Of a stretch of DNA of 64,000 nucleotides, positions 30,698 to 40,508 are shown piece after piece. Position numbers and translations under genes: made by a program. This stretch comes from a virus (lineage: Duplodnaviria > Caudoviricetes), in IMG/VR virus record IMGVR_UViG_2671180612_000001, positions 1 to 64,000 of that record. One strand, 5' to 3'. Position 1 is the stretch's first letter; each line of letters begins with the position of its first letter. Under the pieces are notes generated by a model. That model saw only the letters and a list, made by a program, of their open reading frames with translations, was not told the origin of the DNA and did not search any database.

Positions 30698-32457
30698 ACA
30701 AGGTCCGCATCTCCGCTGCGATCGCATCGAAGACTGGCATCACCCTCTACCTCGAGAACGGGGAGGAGATGAACCTGCCCAAGGACTCGTGGCGCACGAA
30801 GGCCATCATGGACGAGGCGCTCGAGCCCCTCGCCCGTCACGAGATCGTGGAAATCGACCTCGACACGTTCTCGGTCCACACCCGGATCGAGAAGAAGACC
30901 AACGGCCTGGTGCGCTTCATGCGCGGCGCCGTGTCCAAGATCGCCTCTGCGCTCGGCATCACCAAGGACGAGCCGCCCGCACAGAAGCCCGTGGAGAGCG
31001 ATCCCGTCGATCCGGAGCGTCCGTGCGCTCATACCGGCGCAAGCGCGCCTGTGACGACTCCTGCGCCCGTGGAGCCCGATCCTGTGCCCGCTCCGACGCC
31101 GGTTCCGGCTCCTGCGCCTGTTGTGCAGACGGCCGATCCCAAGGCGCCGCCCGAGAAGCCCGAGGAGGAAGAGCTCGTCGCCATCGTCGAGACGCCGGCC
31201 GGGCCGAAGATCATTCCGGGCGTCGAGGCGCTGGAGAAGCAGATCGAGCGCGCGGCCTACAGCGGCAACGCCGTCGGCTTCGAGCGCTTCATGCAGCGGA
31301 TCGCGTCCGTGATCGACACGCGCGGCCACTCGGTCAAGGAGCTCCTCAACTTCATGAAGAAGGGCGACCTGCCGATCGCCGATGACGGCTCGATCGTCGG
31401 CTACAAGGTGCTCAAGACGCTGAACGGGCGCATCGTCGACTGCCATTCCGGCAAGGTGCCGCAGCGCGTCGGCTCGCGTGTCTCGATGGCCGAGAAGCTG
31501 GTCGATCCGAGCCGGCGCACCCAATGCTCGACCGGCCTGCACATCGCGCGCCGCGGCTATCTCCACGGCTTCTCCGGCGACGTCATCATGTTCGTGAAGG
31601 TCGCGCCGGAAGACGTCATCGCGGTGCCGCACGGCGAGCCCGACAAGATGCGCGCTGCCGCCTACCACATCGTCGCGCAGATCCCCGGCGAGTTCCACGG
31701 CACGCTGCGCGCGAACCGTCCGATCACCGGCGACTCCACCGCTGCCAAGATGCTCGCCGACGTCATCGCCGGCCACCATGCGCCGATCATCGAGAACGTC
31801 GTCATCGGTGCGGCCTACGGTGGTGACGTGCGGGTCACGCCGGTCGCTTTCGAGAAGGACGAGCCTGCCGAAGCCAAGCCCGACAACGGATTTGCCAAGG
31901 CGCTGGACGACGAGCAGGAGGGCCTGTCGGTCAAGGAGCTGAACGAGCGGATCAACGCGGCGATCGACACGACGCAGGCTGCGGCCGAGGTCGTGGAAGA
32001 AGCCGCCGAGGAGCTCGAGGACGAGATCGCCGAGGAAGAGGCTGACGTCGAGAACGGCGAAGACACGATGAACGAGGCGCTCGTTCCCGAGGTCGAGGAA
32101 GCGCCGGCCGCTCCGGAGCCTGTGGTCGAGACGCCTGCCGAGCCGGTCGAGACGAAGGCCGAGCGCGACGCACGCCGCAAGCGTGAGAAGCGGGCCGCGG
32201 TTGCGAAGACCAAGGTCGATCGCATCGCGGAGAAGACCGACAAGGACGTGAAGGCCCGGCCGGCGCGTCAGAAGGCTCCCGCCAAGGCTGCGACGGCGGC
32301 TCCCGCTACTGCTCTCGATCCGGCGTCCAAGGAAGGCCAGCGCGCCATGAAAGACGAGGCTGCGCGCAAGCTCTTCGCCGAGGGCAAGTCCCTTCGCGAG
32401 ATCGAGAAGGAGCTGAAAATGTGCCGCAAGCGTCTCGGCAAGCTCCTCAAGCCCTGA
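30694..32457 (+). CDS. rIIB: rIIB-like protein
   Basis: LPIADDGSIVGYK; CSTGLHIA; KVAPEDVIAVP; C-terminal HTH-like segment. Confidence 0.85.
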   Translation: MNKVRISAAIASKTGITLYLENGEEMNLPKDSWRTKAIMDEALEPLARHEIVEIDLDTFSVHTRIEKKTNGLVRFMRGAVSKIASALGITKDEPPAQKPVESDPVDPERPCAHTGASAPVTTPAPVEPDPVPAPTPVPAPAPVVQTADPKAPPEKPEEEELVAIVETPAGPKIIPGVEALEKQIERAAYSGNAVGFERFMQRIASVIDTRGHSVKELLNFMKKGDLPIADDGSIVGYKVLKTLNGRIVDCHSGKVPQRVGSRVSMAEKLVDPSRRTQCSTGLHIARRGYLHGFSGDVIMFVKVAPEDVIAVPHGEPDKMRAAAYHIVAQIPGEFHGTLRANRPITGDSTAAKMLADVIAGHHAPIIENVVIGAAYGGDVRVTPVAFEKDEPAEAKPDNGFAKALDDEQEGLSVKELNERINAAIDTTQAAAEVVEEAAEELEDEIAEEEADVENGEDTMNEALVPEVEEAPAAPEPVVETPAEPVETKAERDARRKREKRAAVAKTKVDRIAEKTDKDVKARPARQKAPAKAATAAPATALDPASKEGQRAMKDEAARKLFAEGKSLREIEKELKMCRKRLGKLLKP

Positions 32458-32574
32458 TCGACGCCACGAATGGGTAAGTCGTTACGCGGCAACGTAAGTA
32501 ACGACTTACTTCCCACACGAAAACCACCTGCATCGCGTCTATAGTATTCTTAGAAACAAACGAAAGAAACGCAG

Positions 32575-33249
32575 ATGAACGCGCATCACATGCAAAGCAA
32601 CGACGTGCGGGAGGTCGACATCGACACCACCCGTCTGCTTCTTGATCGCCACGGTCGCGAGCGTGTCGGCCGCTACATGCACACCGCAGCCGGAACCAAG
32701 TGGTTCCCGTTCGACGTCCGCGCCGACGAGGTTTCGATCGAGACCATCGCGCACCAGCTCGCCGGCCAGAACCGCTGGCAGGGCGCGGTCCAGCACCGCA
32801 AGTTCAAGACGCGGATCTTCTACTCGGTCGCCGAGCACTCGGTCTATTGCTCGCATGAGGTGCCCGACGAGTTCGCCCTCGAGGCGCTCATGCACGACGC
32901 CTCGGAAGCCTACATCGGCGACCTCATCCGGCCGCTGAAATACGATCCGTCCTTCCGCGCGCCCTTCAAGGTCGTCGAGGACGCGCACGAGAAGGCGATC
33001 GCCGAGCGCTTCGGTCTCGCCTGGCCCTGGCCGAAGTGGGTGAAGCGCGCCGACAACCTGCTCTGCGCGGCCGAGAGCCGTCAGATCGTCGTCCGCTCGC
33101 CGGACGAGGAATGGGAGAGCGGCAAGCTCCAGGACGAGAGCGAGTGGGCCGACGTGGAGATCGAGATGCTCCACCCCTACCAGGCGAAGGAGGCGTTCCT
33201 CATGCGCTTCCACGAACTCTATGACATCCACCGGAACGTCCGGCGATGA
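32575..33249 (+). CDS. HD-domain phosphohydrolase (YfdR/5'-deoxynucleotidase-like)
   Basis: IAHQLA; YSVAEHSV; LMHDASEAYIGDLIRPLK. Confidence 0.85.
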   Translation: MNAHHMQSNDVREVDIDTTRLLLDRHGRERVGRYMHTAAGTKWFPFDVRADEVSIETIAHQLAGQNRWQGAVQHRKFKTRIFYSVAEHSVYCSHEVPDEFALEALMHDASEAYIGDLIRPLKYDPSFRAPFKVVEDAHEKAIAERFGLAWPWPKWVKRADNLLCAAESRQIVVRSPDEEWESGKLQDESEWADVEIEMLHPYQAKEAFLMRFHELYDIHRNVRR

Positions 33250-33428
33250 TCGGGCTCTTCGGAGCCGCCGCGATGCTCGCATCGATGTCCGTCGCCGCAT
33301 CCCACGGCGATGGACACCACCGGCGCGCAGCCGCGCGCATCGTGAAGACCAATCCCAAGAAGCAGGCTCGCCGGGCGAAAGCCCAGGCCGGCCGTCGCGC
33401 AGCCCAGAAGACCAGGAGGACCAAATGA
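33246..33428 (+). CDS. Small basic hypothetical protein
   Basis: ATGA overlaps at both ends. Confidence 0.5.
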   Translation: MIGLFGAAAMLASMSVAASHGDGHHRRAAARIVKTNPKKQARRAKAQAGRRAAQKTRRTK

Positions 33429-33718
33429 GCCAGGCCGCTCCCGCCACGCAGACCCTCACCGTCGTCGCCGACACGAAGCCCGTGCAGCGTCTTCTCCAGG
33501 AAGCCAATCGCCGGATCGACGATCTCCTCGAGGCGAACAACCGCTACCTCGAGGAGGCGCGCGCCGCGCGGCGCGAGCGTGACGCCACGCGCGTCTCGAT
33601 GGACGCCATGATCCGCGGCGCGTCGGACGAGCGCGGGCTCGACCTCACGACGCTCTCCGTCTCGATCCTCTGCTCGGCCGCGCTCGGCGCTGCCGCGATG
33701 TTCTGGGTGATGGCATGA
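33425..33718 (+). CDS. Hypothetical protein with C-terminal TM segment
   Basis: GGAGG RBS; ATGA overlap. Confidence 0.6.
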   Translation: MSQAAPATQTLTVVADTKPVQRLLQEANRRIDDLLEANNRYLEEARAARRERDATRVSMDAMIRGASDERGLDLTTLSVSILCSAALGAAAMFWVMA

Positions 33719-34314
33719 GCGAGTTCTTCATGTCCGGCCCGGAAGAGGGCGACGTCATCGACCAGCAGGTGTTCGTCTGCGCGCCGGACGGCACCGAGAT
33801 CCTTCAGGTGCTCGATGTCGGCACGCTCGAGGAGGACAAGGAGTTCGGGCGCCTGGTCGCACGGCTCCTCAACGACGACGCCCAGAACAAGCGCGAGCGG
33901 CTGCGCAACGCTTTCCGGGACAGCTTCATCACTGCAACGAGCGGCGACGGCTTCGTCATCAAGGCAAGCTTCCCCGATCTCGTCACCATGCAGGTCGCGC
34001 ACAACGCCTTGTCCGAGGCCCTCGCGCCGACCAACCAGGCTGAGACCATCGTGCGTGCGGCCAACATGCACCACGGCGTCATCTACGACGTGCCCCAGCC
34101 CGGCCGGCACGGCAACGTCATCCGCATGATCTCCGATCTCGGCCTGTGCAGCCCGTCCGATCCGGTCGTCGATGAAGGCGGGTTCCTGACCTCGACCGGG
34201 CGCTACGTCGATCGGCGGGAAGCCTGGCAGATCGCAGAGAAGGTCGGCCAGCTCCTCGAGCGCGCTCCGACCGACAAGCGCGGCGGCTTCCTCTATTCGG
34301 AGGACGTCTGGTGA
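33715..34314 (+). CDS. Hypothetical phage protein
   Basis: C-terminal GFLTSTGRYVDRREAW...LYSEDVW, a motif seen in small phage proteins. Confidence 0.7.
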   Translation: MSEFFMSGPEEGDVIDQQVFVCAPDGTEILQVLDVGTLEEDKEFGRLVARLLNDDAQNKRERLRNAFRDSFITATSGDGFVIKASFPDLVTMQVAHNALSEALAPTNQAETIVRAANMHHGVIYDVPQPGRHGNVIRMISDLGLCSPSDPVVDEGGFLTSTGRYVDRREAWQIAEKVGQLLERAPTDKRGGFLYSEDVW

Positions 34315-34625
34315 GCGTCACGCAGCGCGTCATGTTCCTCCTCGACCTTCGCGACGGCACCTATGGCCCCCTCCCCCAGGAGGCCAAGGACGCGATCAGC
34401 CGCTACCTCGACACCGACGAGGGCGAGACCGACCCGAGCGGCTACCAGCGTCGCTATCGCCGGGCGCACCCGCAGTCCGCGATGGGCAAGTCGTTCACCA
34501 AGGCGCACGCCGAAGGCTGGAAGCTCGTTGCCTTTAACCGCGACGGCTACCCGATCTTCCGCGAAAGCACCCTCTCCTGGCTCAAGCGCCTCATCCGGCG
34601 CCAGCCGAAATTCTCCTCGGAGTAG
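34311..34625 (+). CDS. Hypothetical protein
   Basis: GTGA overlap. Confidence 0.55.
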   Translation: MSVTQRVMFLLDLRDGTYGPLPQEAKDAISRYLDTDEGETDPSGYQRRYRRAHPQSAMGKSFTKAHAEGWKLVAFNRDGYPIFRESTLSWLKRLIRRQPKFSSE

Positions 34626-34628
34626 ACC

Positions 34629-35045
34629 ATGACCATCGACGAGATCCGCGAGATCGTGTCGGCCATCACCTACAAGCCCGGCTGGACCCTGTCCGTCGGG
34701 CTTGATGGCAACAGGCCCTTCATCCAGGCGTCCGTTTCGATCGAAAGTGATCTGACGGCTGATCCCACGCGCAAGACCACCGAGCGCACGCCCTGGAAGT
34801 CGGGCAAGCGCTACCTGTCCACCTTCATGTGCCGGCAGGAGATCGTCGGCGCCGTGTTCGGCATGATCAAGGACGCCGAGGAGCATGAGGTGCGCGAGTG
34901 GTTCCGCTACCGGAACGCCTCGATCTTCAATCCGCACCTCGATCCGGACGTGCTGGTCACGATCGCGCGCAAGGCGGCGAGCTTCAACGTCCGCGACAAC
35001 GCCATGAGCATGAGCGAGACCCCGCAAGACATCCAAGCTGCGTGA
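34629..35045 (+). CDS. Hypothetical phage protein
   Basis: EEHEVREWFRY...IFNPH. Confidence 0.65.
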   Translation: MTIDEIREIVSAITYKPGWTLSVGLDGNRPFIQASVSIESDLTADPTRKTTERTPWKSGKRYLSTFMCRQEIVGAVFGMIKDAEEHEVREWFRYRNASIFNPHLDPDVLVTIARKAASFNVRDNAMSMSETPQDIQAA

Positions 35046-35088
35046 TGCGATAAGTAAGCTGTTACTGACACAGCAGAAGGAGACGCAA

Positions 35089-35472
35089 ATGACATTCGTG
35101 AAGAGCAACGAGACCCTGGTCGAGACCTACTACGACGAGGATTTCAAGCGGGAGGTTCGCCGCGTCTGGCCGACCGGCGTCGAGCGCTCGGTCTCCGAGA
35201 TCCTCAAGGGTCGGCACGAGAACTCGGTGCGCTTCTTCATCGCCGAGGACGGCTTCCAGCGCGACGTGACCGACCGCCTGGCGCTCGCCTGGTGCGACAT
35301 CAACCTCTCGCACGAGAACGTCCACGTTCCCGGCCCCGAGTTCGTGGCGATGTCCCCTGCCCTCGACCACGCCCTCTTCGAGCTGTTCACCGACCGGCGT
35401 CTGCGCGGCGAGAACCAAGCCGAGATGGTTCGCGACCTGGCGCGCGACGAGTGCGCCTTCCTGGCCGCATGA
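35089..35472 (+). CDS. Hypothetical protein
   Basis: AAGGAG RBS; operator at 35052-35067. Confidence 0.65.
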   Translation: MTFVKSNETLVETYYDEDFKREVRRVWPTGVERSVSEILKGRHENSVRFFIAEDGFQRDVTDRLALAWCDINLSHENVHVPGPEFVAMSPALDHALFELFTDRRLRGENQAEMVRDLARDECAFLAA

Positions 35473-35720
35473 GCCATCAGATCGTCGAGGACGACAGCCT
35501 GCAATGGCCGAGTTTCGCAGAGGAGCTCGGCCGCAAGGCGCTCGACGCCATCCAGAACCTCATGCGCAGGCACAAGGATGGCGAGATCACCCGCGACGAG
35601 CTGAAGGTCGCAGCCGGCGCCATCTACGACACGATGTCGGGCCTTGCCCGGCGCGAGGACACGGAGATCCTCTCCGCCGTCTACAACAAGCTCGCCGGCA
35701 CCGACAAAAAGCGTTCGTGA
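35469..35720 (+). CDS. Hypothetical protein
   Basis: ATGA overlap. Confidence 0.6.
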   Translation: MSHQIVEDDSLQWPSFAEELGRKALDAIQNLMRRHKDGEITRDELKVAAGAIYDTMSGLARREDTEILSAVYNKLAGTDKKRS

Positions 35721-35775
35721 CAGCTTGCGCATAAGTAAGCGTTCACTTATTAGGACGCATCCGCAGGAGAATCCA

Positions 35776-35991
35776 ATGAGCTACACCGAGCATTTCGGCG
35801 AAGGCCGGCCTGTGCCCATCGACGCCTTCGTGAAGACGCTGCGCATGGACCGCTCCGAGACCGGCTGGGAAGGCGCCTTCATGGTCGACTGGTCCTGGAT
35901 AGGTCACGACACCGACGTCATCGGCTACAAGGTGGCCGGGCCGCTCCGGACGATCTGGCTCTCCCTGCGCCTCAAGTTCGGCGATCGATGA
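35776..35991 (+). CDS. Hypothetical protein
   Basis: AGGAG RBS; operator at 35733-35748. Confidence 0.55.
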   Translation: MSYTEHFGEGRPVPIDAFVKTLRMDRSETGWEGAFMVDWSWIGHDTDVIGYKVAGPLRTIWLSLRLKFGDR

Positions 35992-36569
35992 ACGCGCCCT
36001 TCAACAAGGACGCCTGGATCCTCGACGCCATCGCGTGCGGCTACATCAGCCCGAAGCGCGACGGCACGATCATGCGCCGCAAGTCTGCCTCGCGCGACGG
36101 CTCCAACTTGAGCGCCGAGTGGGCGCTGGTGAAGCAGCAGACACACAAGGCGACGGGCCGCGTCTATTTCAACATGACCTGGAAGGGCCTCACCAAGTCC
36201 GTCCTCGTCAACCGTGTGATCGCGCTCCGCTTCCTCCCGAACCCCGACAACCTGCCCCAGGTCAACCACGTCGATGGCGTGAAGGCCCACAACTACCTCT
36301 ACCAGCCGACGCCCGAGCTCGTCGCCAAGTGGGGCAAGTTCCAGCTCGAATGGTCCTCCGGTCAGGACAACGAGAAGCACGCGCACCGCACGGGACTCAA
36401 GACCGGCCGCGGCACCTCAAACGCCAACAACAAACTCTCGGTCGAGCAGGTGCTCAAGATCCGCGAGCTCGGCCCAACGACGCCGATGGATGACCTGATC
36501 GCCTTCTTCGGCGTCGGGCGCACCACGATCGCCAACATCCTTCGCAGACGCACCTGGACGCACGTCTAA
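35988..36569 (+). CDS. HNH endonuclease-like protein with C-terminal HTH
   Basis: FLPNPDNLPQVNHVDGVKAHN...LEW...N..HA. Confidence 0.8.
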   Translation: MNAPFNKDAWILDAIACGYISPKRDGTIMRRKSASRDGSNLSAEWALVKQQTHKATGRVYFNMTWKGLTKSVLVNRVIALRFLPNPDNLPQVNHVDGVKAHNYLYQPTPELVAKWGKFQLEWSSGQDNEKHAHRTGLKTGRGTSNANNKLSVEQVLKIRELGPTTPMDDLIAFFGVGRTTIANILRRRTWTHV

Positions 36570-37030
36570 TGACCGGACTTCGCACACATGGAATGACCGG
36601 GACTCGGACCCACTCGATTTGGATCCAGATGCGTCGCCGCTGCCGCGAGCCGAACTCGGCGAACTACGCTCGCTATGGCGGGCGCGGGATTTCGGTCTGC
36701 AAGCGCTGGGATGAGTCCTTCGAGGCGTTCCTTCAGGACATGGGCGAAGCGCCGGCCGGCATGTCGATCGAGCGCGAGGACAATGACGGCAACTACGAGC
36801 CGGCCAACTGCTCGTGGGCGACGCTGGAAACGCAGAACAACAACCGCCGATCCAACGTGATCGTCGAGTTCAACGGCCGATCCCAAACGCTCAAGCAGTG
36901 GGCGCGCGAACTCGGCATCAACTACCGGACCCTCCACACGCGCTACCGCAACGGTCGCCGCGGCGCGGAGCTCCTGTCGACCACTCAACTCCCCTACCCC
37001 GATCAACGCAAAGCACGGAGCTCGTCATGA
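36569..37030 (+). CDS. HNH-type homing endonuclease-like protein
   Basis: MRRRC; YGGRGISVCKRW; SIEREDNDGNYEPANCSWAT. Confidence 0.8.
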   Translation: MTGLRTHGMTGTRTHSIWIQMRRRCREPNSANYARYGGRGISVCKRWDESFEAFLQDMGEAPAGMSIEREDNDGNYEPANCSWATLETQNNNRRSNVIVEFNGRSQTLKQWARELGINYRTLHTRYRNGRRGAELLSTTQLPYPDQRKARSSS

Positions 37031-37353
37031 TCCCCTGGCGCTACCTCGTTCCGCGGAAATCCATGTTTCGCGAAATCCGGATTTCCAGATTGTTCCCGGA
37101 GCTGAAGCCGCACATCGACGCCATCGCCCTCTACAAGCTCGGCGAATACGGCGTGATCGCGTTCGCTGCCCAGGTCGGCTTCCCGATCGCCGCGATCTGC
37201 GTGCCGGCGATGTGGGTCTACCAGAAGATCACCGGCCGGGATCGCTTCTACGCGCCCGACTACGGCTCCCTCGCGCAGGAGGAGATCCGCGAGATCCACA
37301 AGCTCGTGCCGTGGAAGACCCTCCAGAAGGCCATGCGCGAGGGCACCCGATGA
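37027..37353 (+). CDS. Hypothetical protein
   Basis: ATGA overlaps. Confidence 0.55.
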   Translation: MIPWRYLVPRKSMFREIRISRLFPELKPHIDAIALYKLGEYGVIAFAAQVGFPIAAICVPAMWVYQKITGRDRFYAPDYGSLAQEEIREIHKLVPWKTLQKAMREGTR

Positions 37354-37571
37354 AGGTGGAGCGCAACGGCTACCTCAAGCTGCGTGGCGAGGACGGCGAG
37401 GAGCTGACCGTCCGCTACGACAATCGCGGCGACCCGTATCGCGAGGGCACGACGATCTCGCTCGACCTGCCGGAGCGCTGGGAGAACATATCGTCGGTGT
37501 TCCTCGAGACCCGCGAGGCGATCGAGCTCCGCGACCTCCTGAACAAGCTCTACCCGCCGAAGGTGCCCTGA
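37350..37571 (+). CDS. Hypothetical protein
   Basis: Coupled overlaps. Confidence 0.55.
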   Translation: MKVERNGYLKLRGEDGEELTVRYDNRGDPYREGTTISLDLPERWENISSVFLETREAIELRDLLNKLYPPKVP

Positions 37572-37876
37572 TGCCCTTCGCTGCCCGAAAGCACGACGAC
37601 GGCACCTGGCGCCTGTGCAAGCGCATGGGCGACACGCTTCTGACGGCGACCTTCGACGACGGCACGGTGCTCGCCATCGGCCCCTTCCCTTCGCAGGCGA
37701 AGACCAAGGCGTGCGCCGACGTCCTGAACGAGCGCTGGAAGGACTACGAGCGCGCGGTGAAGAAGGGTGAGTTCTCGGACGAGCTGGCGACCTGGCTTAT
37801 CCAGACCGTCCGGGACCACGACGGTCTCGAAAGCGCGAAATCCAGAAATCCAGAAAGCGAGAAATCCGGAAAATGA
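37571..37876 (+). CDS. Hypothetical protein
   Basis: Coupled; 3' end formed by a GAAATCNN array. Confidence 0.55.
   Translation: MPFAARKHDDGTWRLCKRMGDTLLTATFDDGTVLAIGPFPSQAKTKACADVLNERWKDYERAVKKGEFSDELATWLIQTVRDHDGLESAKSRNPESEKSGK
37829..37872. repeat. 8-bp phased GAAAKCNN array (about 6 units)
   Basis: GAAAGCGC GAAATCCA GAAATCCA GAAAGCGA GAAATCCG GAAA. Confidence 0.8.
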
Positions 37877-38451
37877 GCAACCGCGTCCTTCTCTGCGGCT
37901 ACGACACCGAGACGACCGGCCTAGAGCCCGGCGATCACCGCTTCGTCGAGGTCTATGCCGGCCTGTGGGATCTCCACACGCGCAAGCTGGTCTTCGAATT
38001 CAACCAGCGCATCGACCCGCAGCGCGCGATCTCGGCCGACGCCCAGCGCATCCACAAGATCAGCGCGTCCGATCTCGTCGGATGCCCGACCTGGGACACG
38101 GTCGGTCCCGCCCTGGCGAAGGTGCTCATCAAGGCCGACGCCATGGTGATCCACAACGCCGAGTTCGACATGAAATTCACCCGGCACGAGTTGAGCCGGA
38201 TCGGCCTGACGACGCCCGAGCGCCCGATCACGGACACGATGATGTCCACCTGGGCGACGCCCGACGGCAAGAAGCCGACGCTCGGCGAGCTCGCCTTCGC
38301 CATGGGCGTTCCCTACGACCCGGAGAAGGCCCACGCCGCCGACTACGACGTCAAGGTGATGATGGCCTGCCTCTTCGCAGCGATCGACGAGGGCTACATC
38401 GACATCGCCAAGATCGAGGGAAGCATCGCGCCGCTTGCACAAGCCGCGTGA
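37873..38451 (+). CDS. DEDDh 3'-5' exonuclease (DnaQ/epsilon-like)
   Basis: YDTETTGL; HNAEFD; DTM; AHAADYDV. Confidence 0.9.
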   Translation: MSNRVLLCGYDTETTGLEPGDHRFVEVYAGLWDLHTRKLVFEFNQRIDPQRAISADAQRIHKISASDLVGCPTWDTVGPALAKVLIKADAMVIHNAEFDMKFTRHELSRIGLTTPERPITDTMMSTWATPDGKKPTLGELAFAMGVPYDPEKAHAADYDVKVMMACLFAAIDEGYIDIAKIEGSIAPLAQAA

Positions 38452-38534
38452 TCCCTGCCGCAATCCAACATCGCAGAGCGTATAAAATAAGTGTCGATAA
38501 CGACTTAGCGAAATTGTTGAAGGAGAAAGCAACA

Positions 38535-39422
38535 ATGTCCAACGTGCAGAACAACGTCTCCGGCGTTCCGTCGGCCACTCTCGCCAACATCGATGCGCTG
38601 CTCGATGACCTCGACCTCGACGCCGCGAGCGACGAGACGATCGAGGCGGTGGAGATGACCTCCCAGCTCGCGGACATTGTCGAGGAAGCCAACGAGGAGC
38701 CGGAGATCCTCGAGGGCGAGATCACGGAGCCGGAGACCGTCGAGGCGTCCGAGCAGGAAGCGATCGAGGCGAGCAGCGACGTCCTCGACGAGCTGGAGCT
38801 CACCGCGTCGCCGGCCGACGAGGACATTTCCGACGACCTCCTCGATGCGGTCGAGGCGCAGGAGACGCGCGACGAAGCCTATGCGGCCCAGACGGGCGGC
38901 GAGGTCGGCGACGTCGGCGAGGCTCCGGCCGCGGAAGCCAAGAAGACCTCGAAGATCCGCTCGGGCGAGAAGAACGCTTCGACGCCGCGCACGAACAAGG
39001 ACATGGGCGCCCTGCCCCTCGAAATGTTCCTGCTCACCAACGGCCAGCCGGCCGGCGACCTCGAGGCGACCAAGGCGGCGTTCATGAGCGCGATGCCGGC
39101 GACCAAGAAGGTGATCGAGAAGATCGAGAACGTCATGTGCGCCATCGGCGCCGAGAAGCTCCCGAGCATCTACGTCCAGAAGGCGTTCGCGGCGCTCGAC
39201 GCCAAGGAGACCGTCACGTCGTCCGATCTCGTCGGCGTCTTCAAGGCGGACTACTCGGAAGGCACGAGCCGCAGTCAGGCCGGGCAGATGATGGCCCTGT
39301 TCTCGTTCCTCAAGATCGCTGACCGCGACGGCAAGAACCTGAAGATCCGCAAGGACTCGACGCTCGCCGACCGGCTGCGCTCGATCATCGCCAACACCCA
39401 GGCGGCACCGGCGGGCGCGTAA
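38535..39422 (+). CDS. Hypothetical protein: acidic N-terminal half plus wHTH-like C-terminal domain
   Basis: AAGGAG RBS; YSEGTSRSQAGQMMALF motif resembles those in 60241 and 63096. Confidence 0.75.
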   Translation: MSNVQNNVSGVPSATLANIDALLDDLDLDAASDETIEAVEMTSQLADIVEEANEEPEILEGEITEPETVEASEQEAIEASSDVLDELELTASPADEDISDDLLDAVEAQETRDEAYAAQTGGEVGDVGEAPAAEAKKTSKIRSGEKNASTPRTNKDMGALPLEMFLLTNGQPAGDLEATKAAFMSAMPATKKVIEKIENVMCAIGAEKLPSIYVQKAFAALDAKETVTSSDLVGVFKADYSEGTSRSQAGQMMALFSFLKIADRDGKNLKIRKDSTLADRLRSIIANTQAAPAGA

Positions 39423-39461
39423 GCGCCCTCCTCCCCAACACGGCGCGTCCCCTCGCGCCTG

Positions 39462-39500
39462 GAAATCGAGAAATCTGGAAATCGCGAAATGTCGAAATCC
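39462..39500. repeat. 8-bp phased GAAATCNN array (5 units)
   Basis: GAAATCGA GAAATCTG GAAATCGC GAAATGTC GAAATCC. Confidence 0.8.
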
Positions 39501-39722
39501 GAACCCGAGGTCTCACTCTCGGTCCACCGGCACATGCGGAACCTCGAGACGGCCGGCCGGTCGTTCAAGGTCCGCATCGTGGCCCACGGTCTAGATCAGG
39601 TCTTCGAGCCGCTCGCCCACAGCGAGACGATCTTCCTCGGCAAGCGTCGTGGCAGCGGCTCGAACCGGGCCGTGTTCGTGAACCTCGCCAACGTCACCCT
39701 CATCGAAGTTCTGGAGGACTGA
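39489..39722 (+). CDS. Hypothetical protein
   Basis: Coupled to the next gene. Confidence 0.5.
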   Translation: MSKSEPEVSLSVHRHMRNLETAGRSFKVRIVAHGLDQVFEPLAHSETIFLGKRRGSGSNRAVFVNLANVTLIEVLED

Positions 39723-39991
39723 TGACCCACGCACCGTTCCAGGTCGAGCGCGCGCCGACCTACTCCGTCCCGTTCTTCGCGACGGGATTCAACACCTGGA
39801 AGATCCGCGTCGTCGGTGCGCCCGCAGACGAGCGTCCGTTCTGCGAGGTCTCGTTCCAGGACGCCGACACCAAGCACCCGGAATACGCCGCCTACATGCA
39901 GGGCGTGCAGGAGCGCGTCGAGCACGTCGCGGCCGTCATCAACGCCGGGCTCGAGGCGCAGGCCAAGCAGCGCGCCGCGCTCGACATTTGA
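39722..39991 (+). CDS. Hypothetical protein
   Basis: GGAGG RBS; TGATG overlap. Confidence 0.6.
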   Translation: MTHAPFQVERAPTYSVPFFATGFNTWKIRVVGAPADERPFCEVSFQDADTKHPEYAAYMQGVQERVEHVAAVINAGLEAQAKQRAALDI

Positions 39992-40003
39992 TCGGGACGG
40001 CCG

Positions 40004-40414
40004 ATGAAGACGATCCTCGACAACGAGGGCAATCGGCGCCTCTTCCAAGGCTGCGCCGCCCAGCCTGACACCCGGCACGGCTTCACGGTCCACGTCTGGC
40101 GCAAGAGCGGATACAGCGCCGGCTTCCAGCAAGGCGGCGACAATGTCCGCTCGCCGGCCGCGTTCAGCGCGCCGCACTTCCGAGCCGGCGTCGGCTACCG
40201 CGTCCGCGTGATCCCGAAAGCCCCACTCGACCCCGACCTTCTCGAAATCTGGAAAGCGAGATTTCCATGCAAGACACCGAACGTCCCCTCAAGGAAGGGC
40301 AACGCATCCGCATGGTCCGGATGGAAGACGATCCGCATCCGATCGAAGCGGGCACGGAAGGCACGGTCACGAGCTACGCCCACTTCTACGCGGGTCGCTG
40401 GACGATCGGCGTGA
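40004..40414 (+). CDS. Hypothetical protein (3' part overlaps the next gene; end uncertain)
   Basis: Fills the gap after 39991; reads through a GAAATC array into the DUF4314 gene region. Confidence 0.4.
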   Translation: MKTILDNEGNRRLFQGCAAQPDTRHGFTVHVWRKSGYSAGFQQGGDNVRSPAAFSAPHFRAGVGYRVRVIPKAPLDPDLLEIWKARFPCKTPNVPSRKGNASAWSGWKTIRIRSKRARKARSRATPTSTRVAGRSA

Positions 40415-40494
40415 AGTGGGACGACGGCCGGTCCCTGTCGATCGTCCACGGCTTCGACCAGGTGGTGCTCCTTTCCGGAAATCCGGAAAGCTAG
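40267..40494 (+). CDS. DUF4314-like protein
   Basis: GQRIRMVRMEDDPHPIEAGTEGTV...VKWDDGRSLSIV. Confidence 0.75.
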   Translation: MQDTERPLKEGQRIRMVRMEDDPHPIEAGTEGTVTSYAHFYAGRWTIGVKWDDGRSLSIVHGFDQVVLLSGNPES

Positions 40495-40508
40495 AAAGCG
40501 AGGTTCCC

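Noticed and set aside
32575-33249. DatZ of a Z-genome (2-aminoadenine) pathway
   Set aside because: No PurZ recognised in the window; motifs fit YfdR-like HD hydrolases.
35988-37030. Intron- or intein-associated homing endonucleases
   Set aside because: Both are free-standing coupled ORFs; no interrupted host gene or intein motifs were seen.
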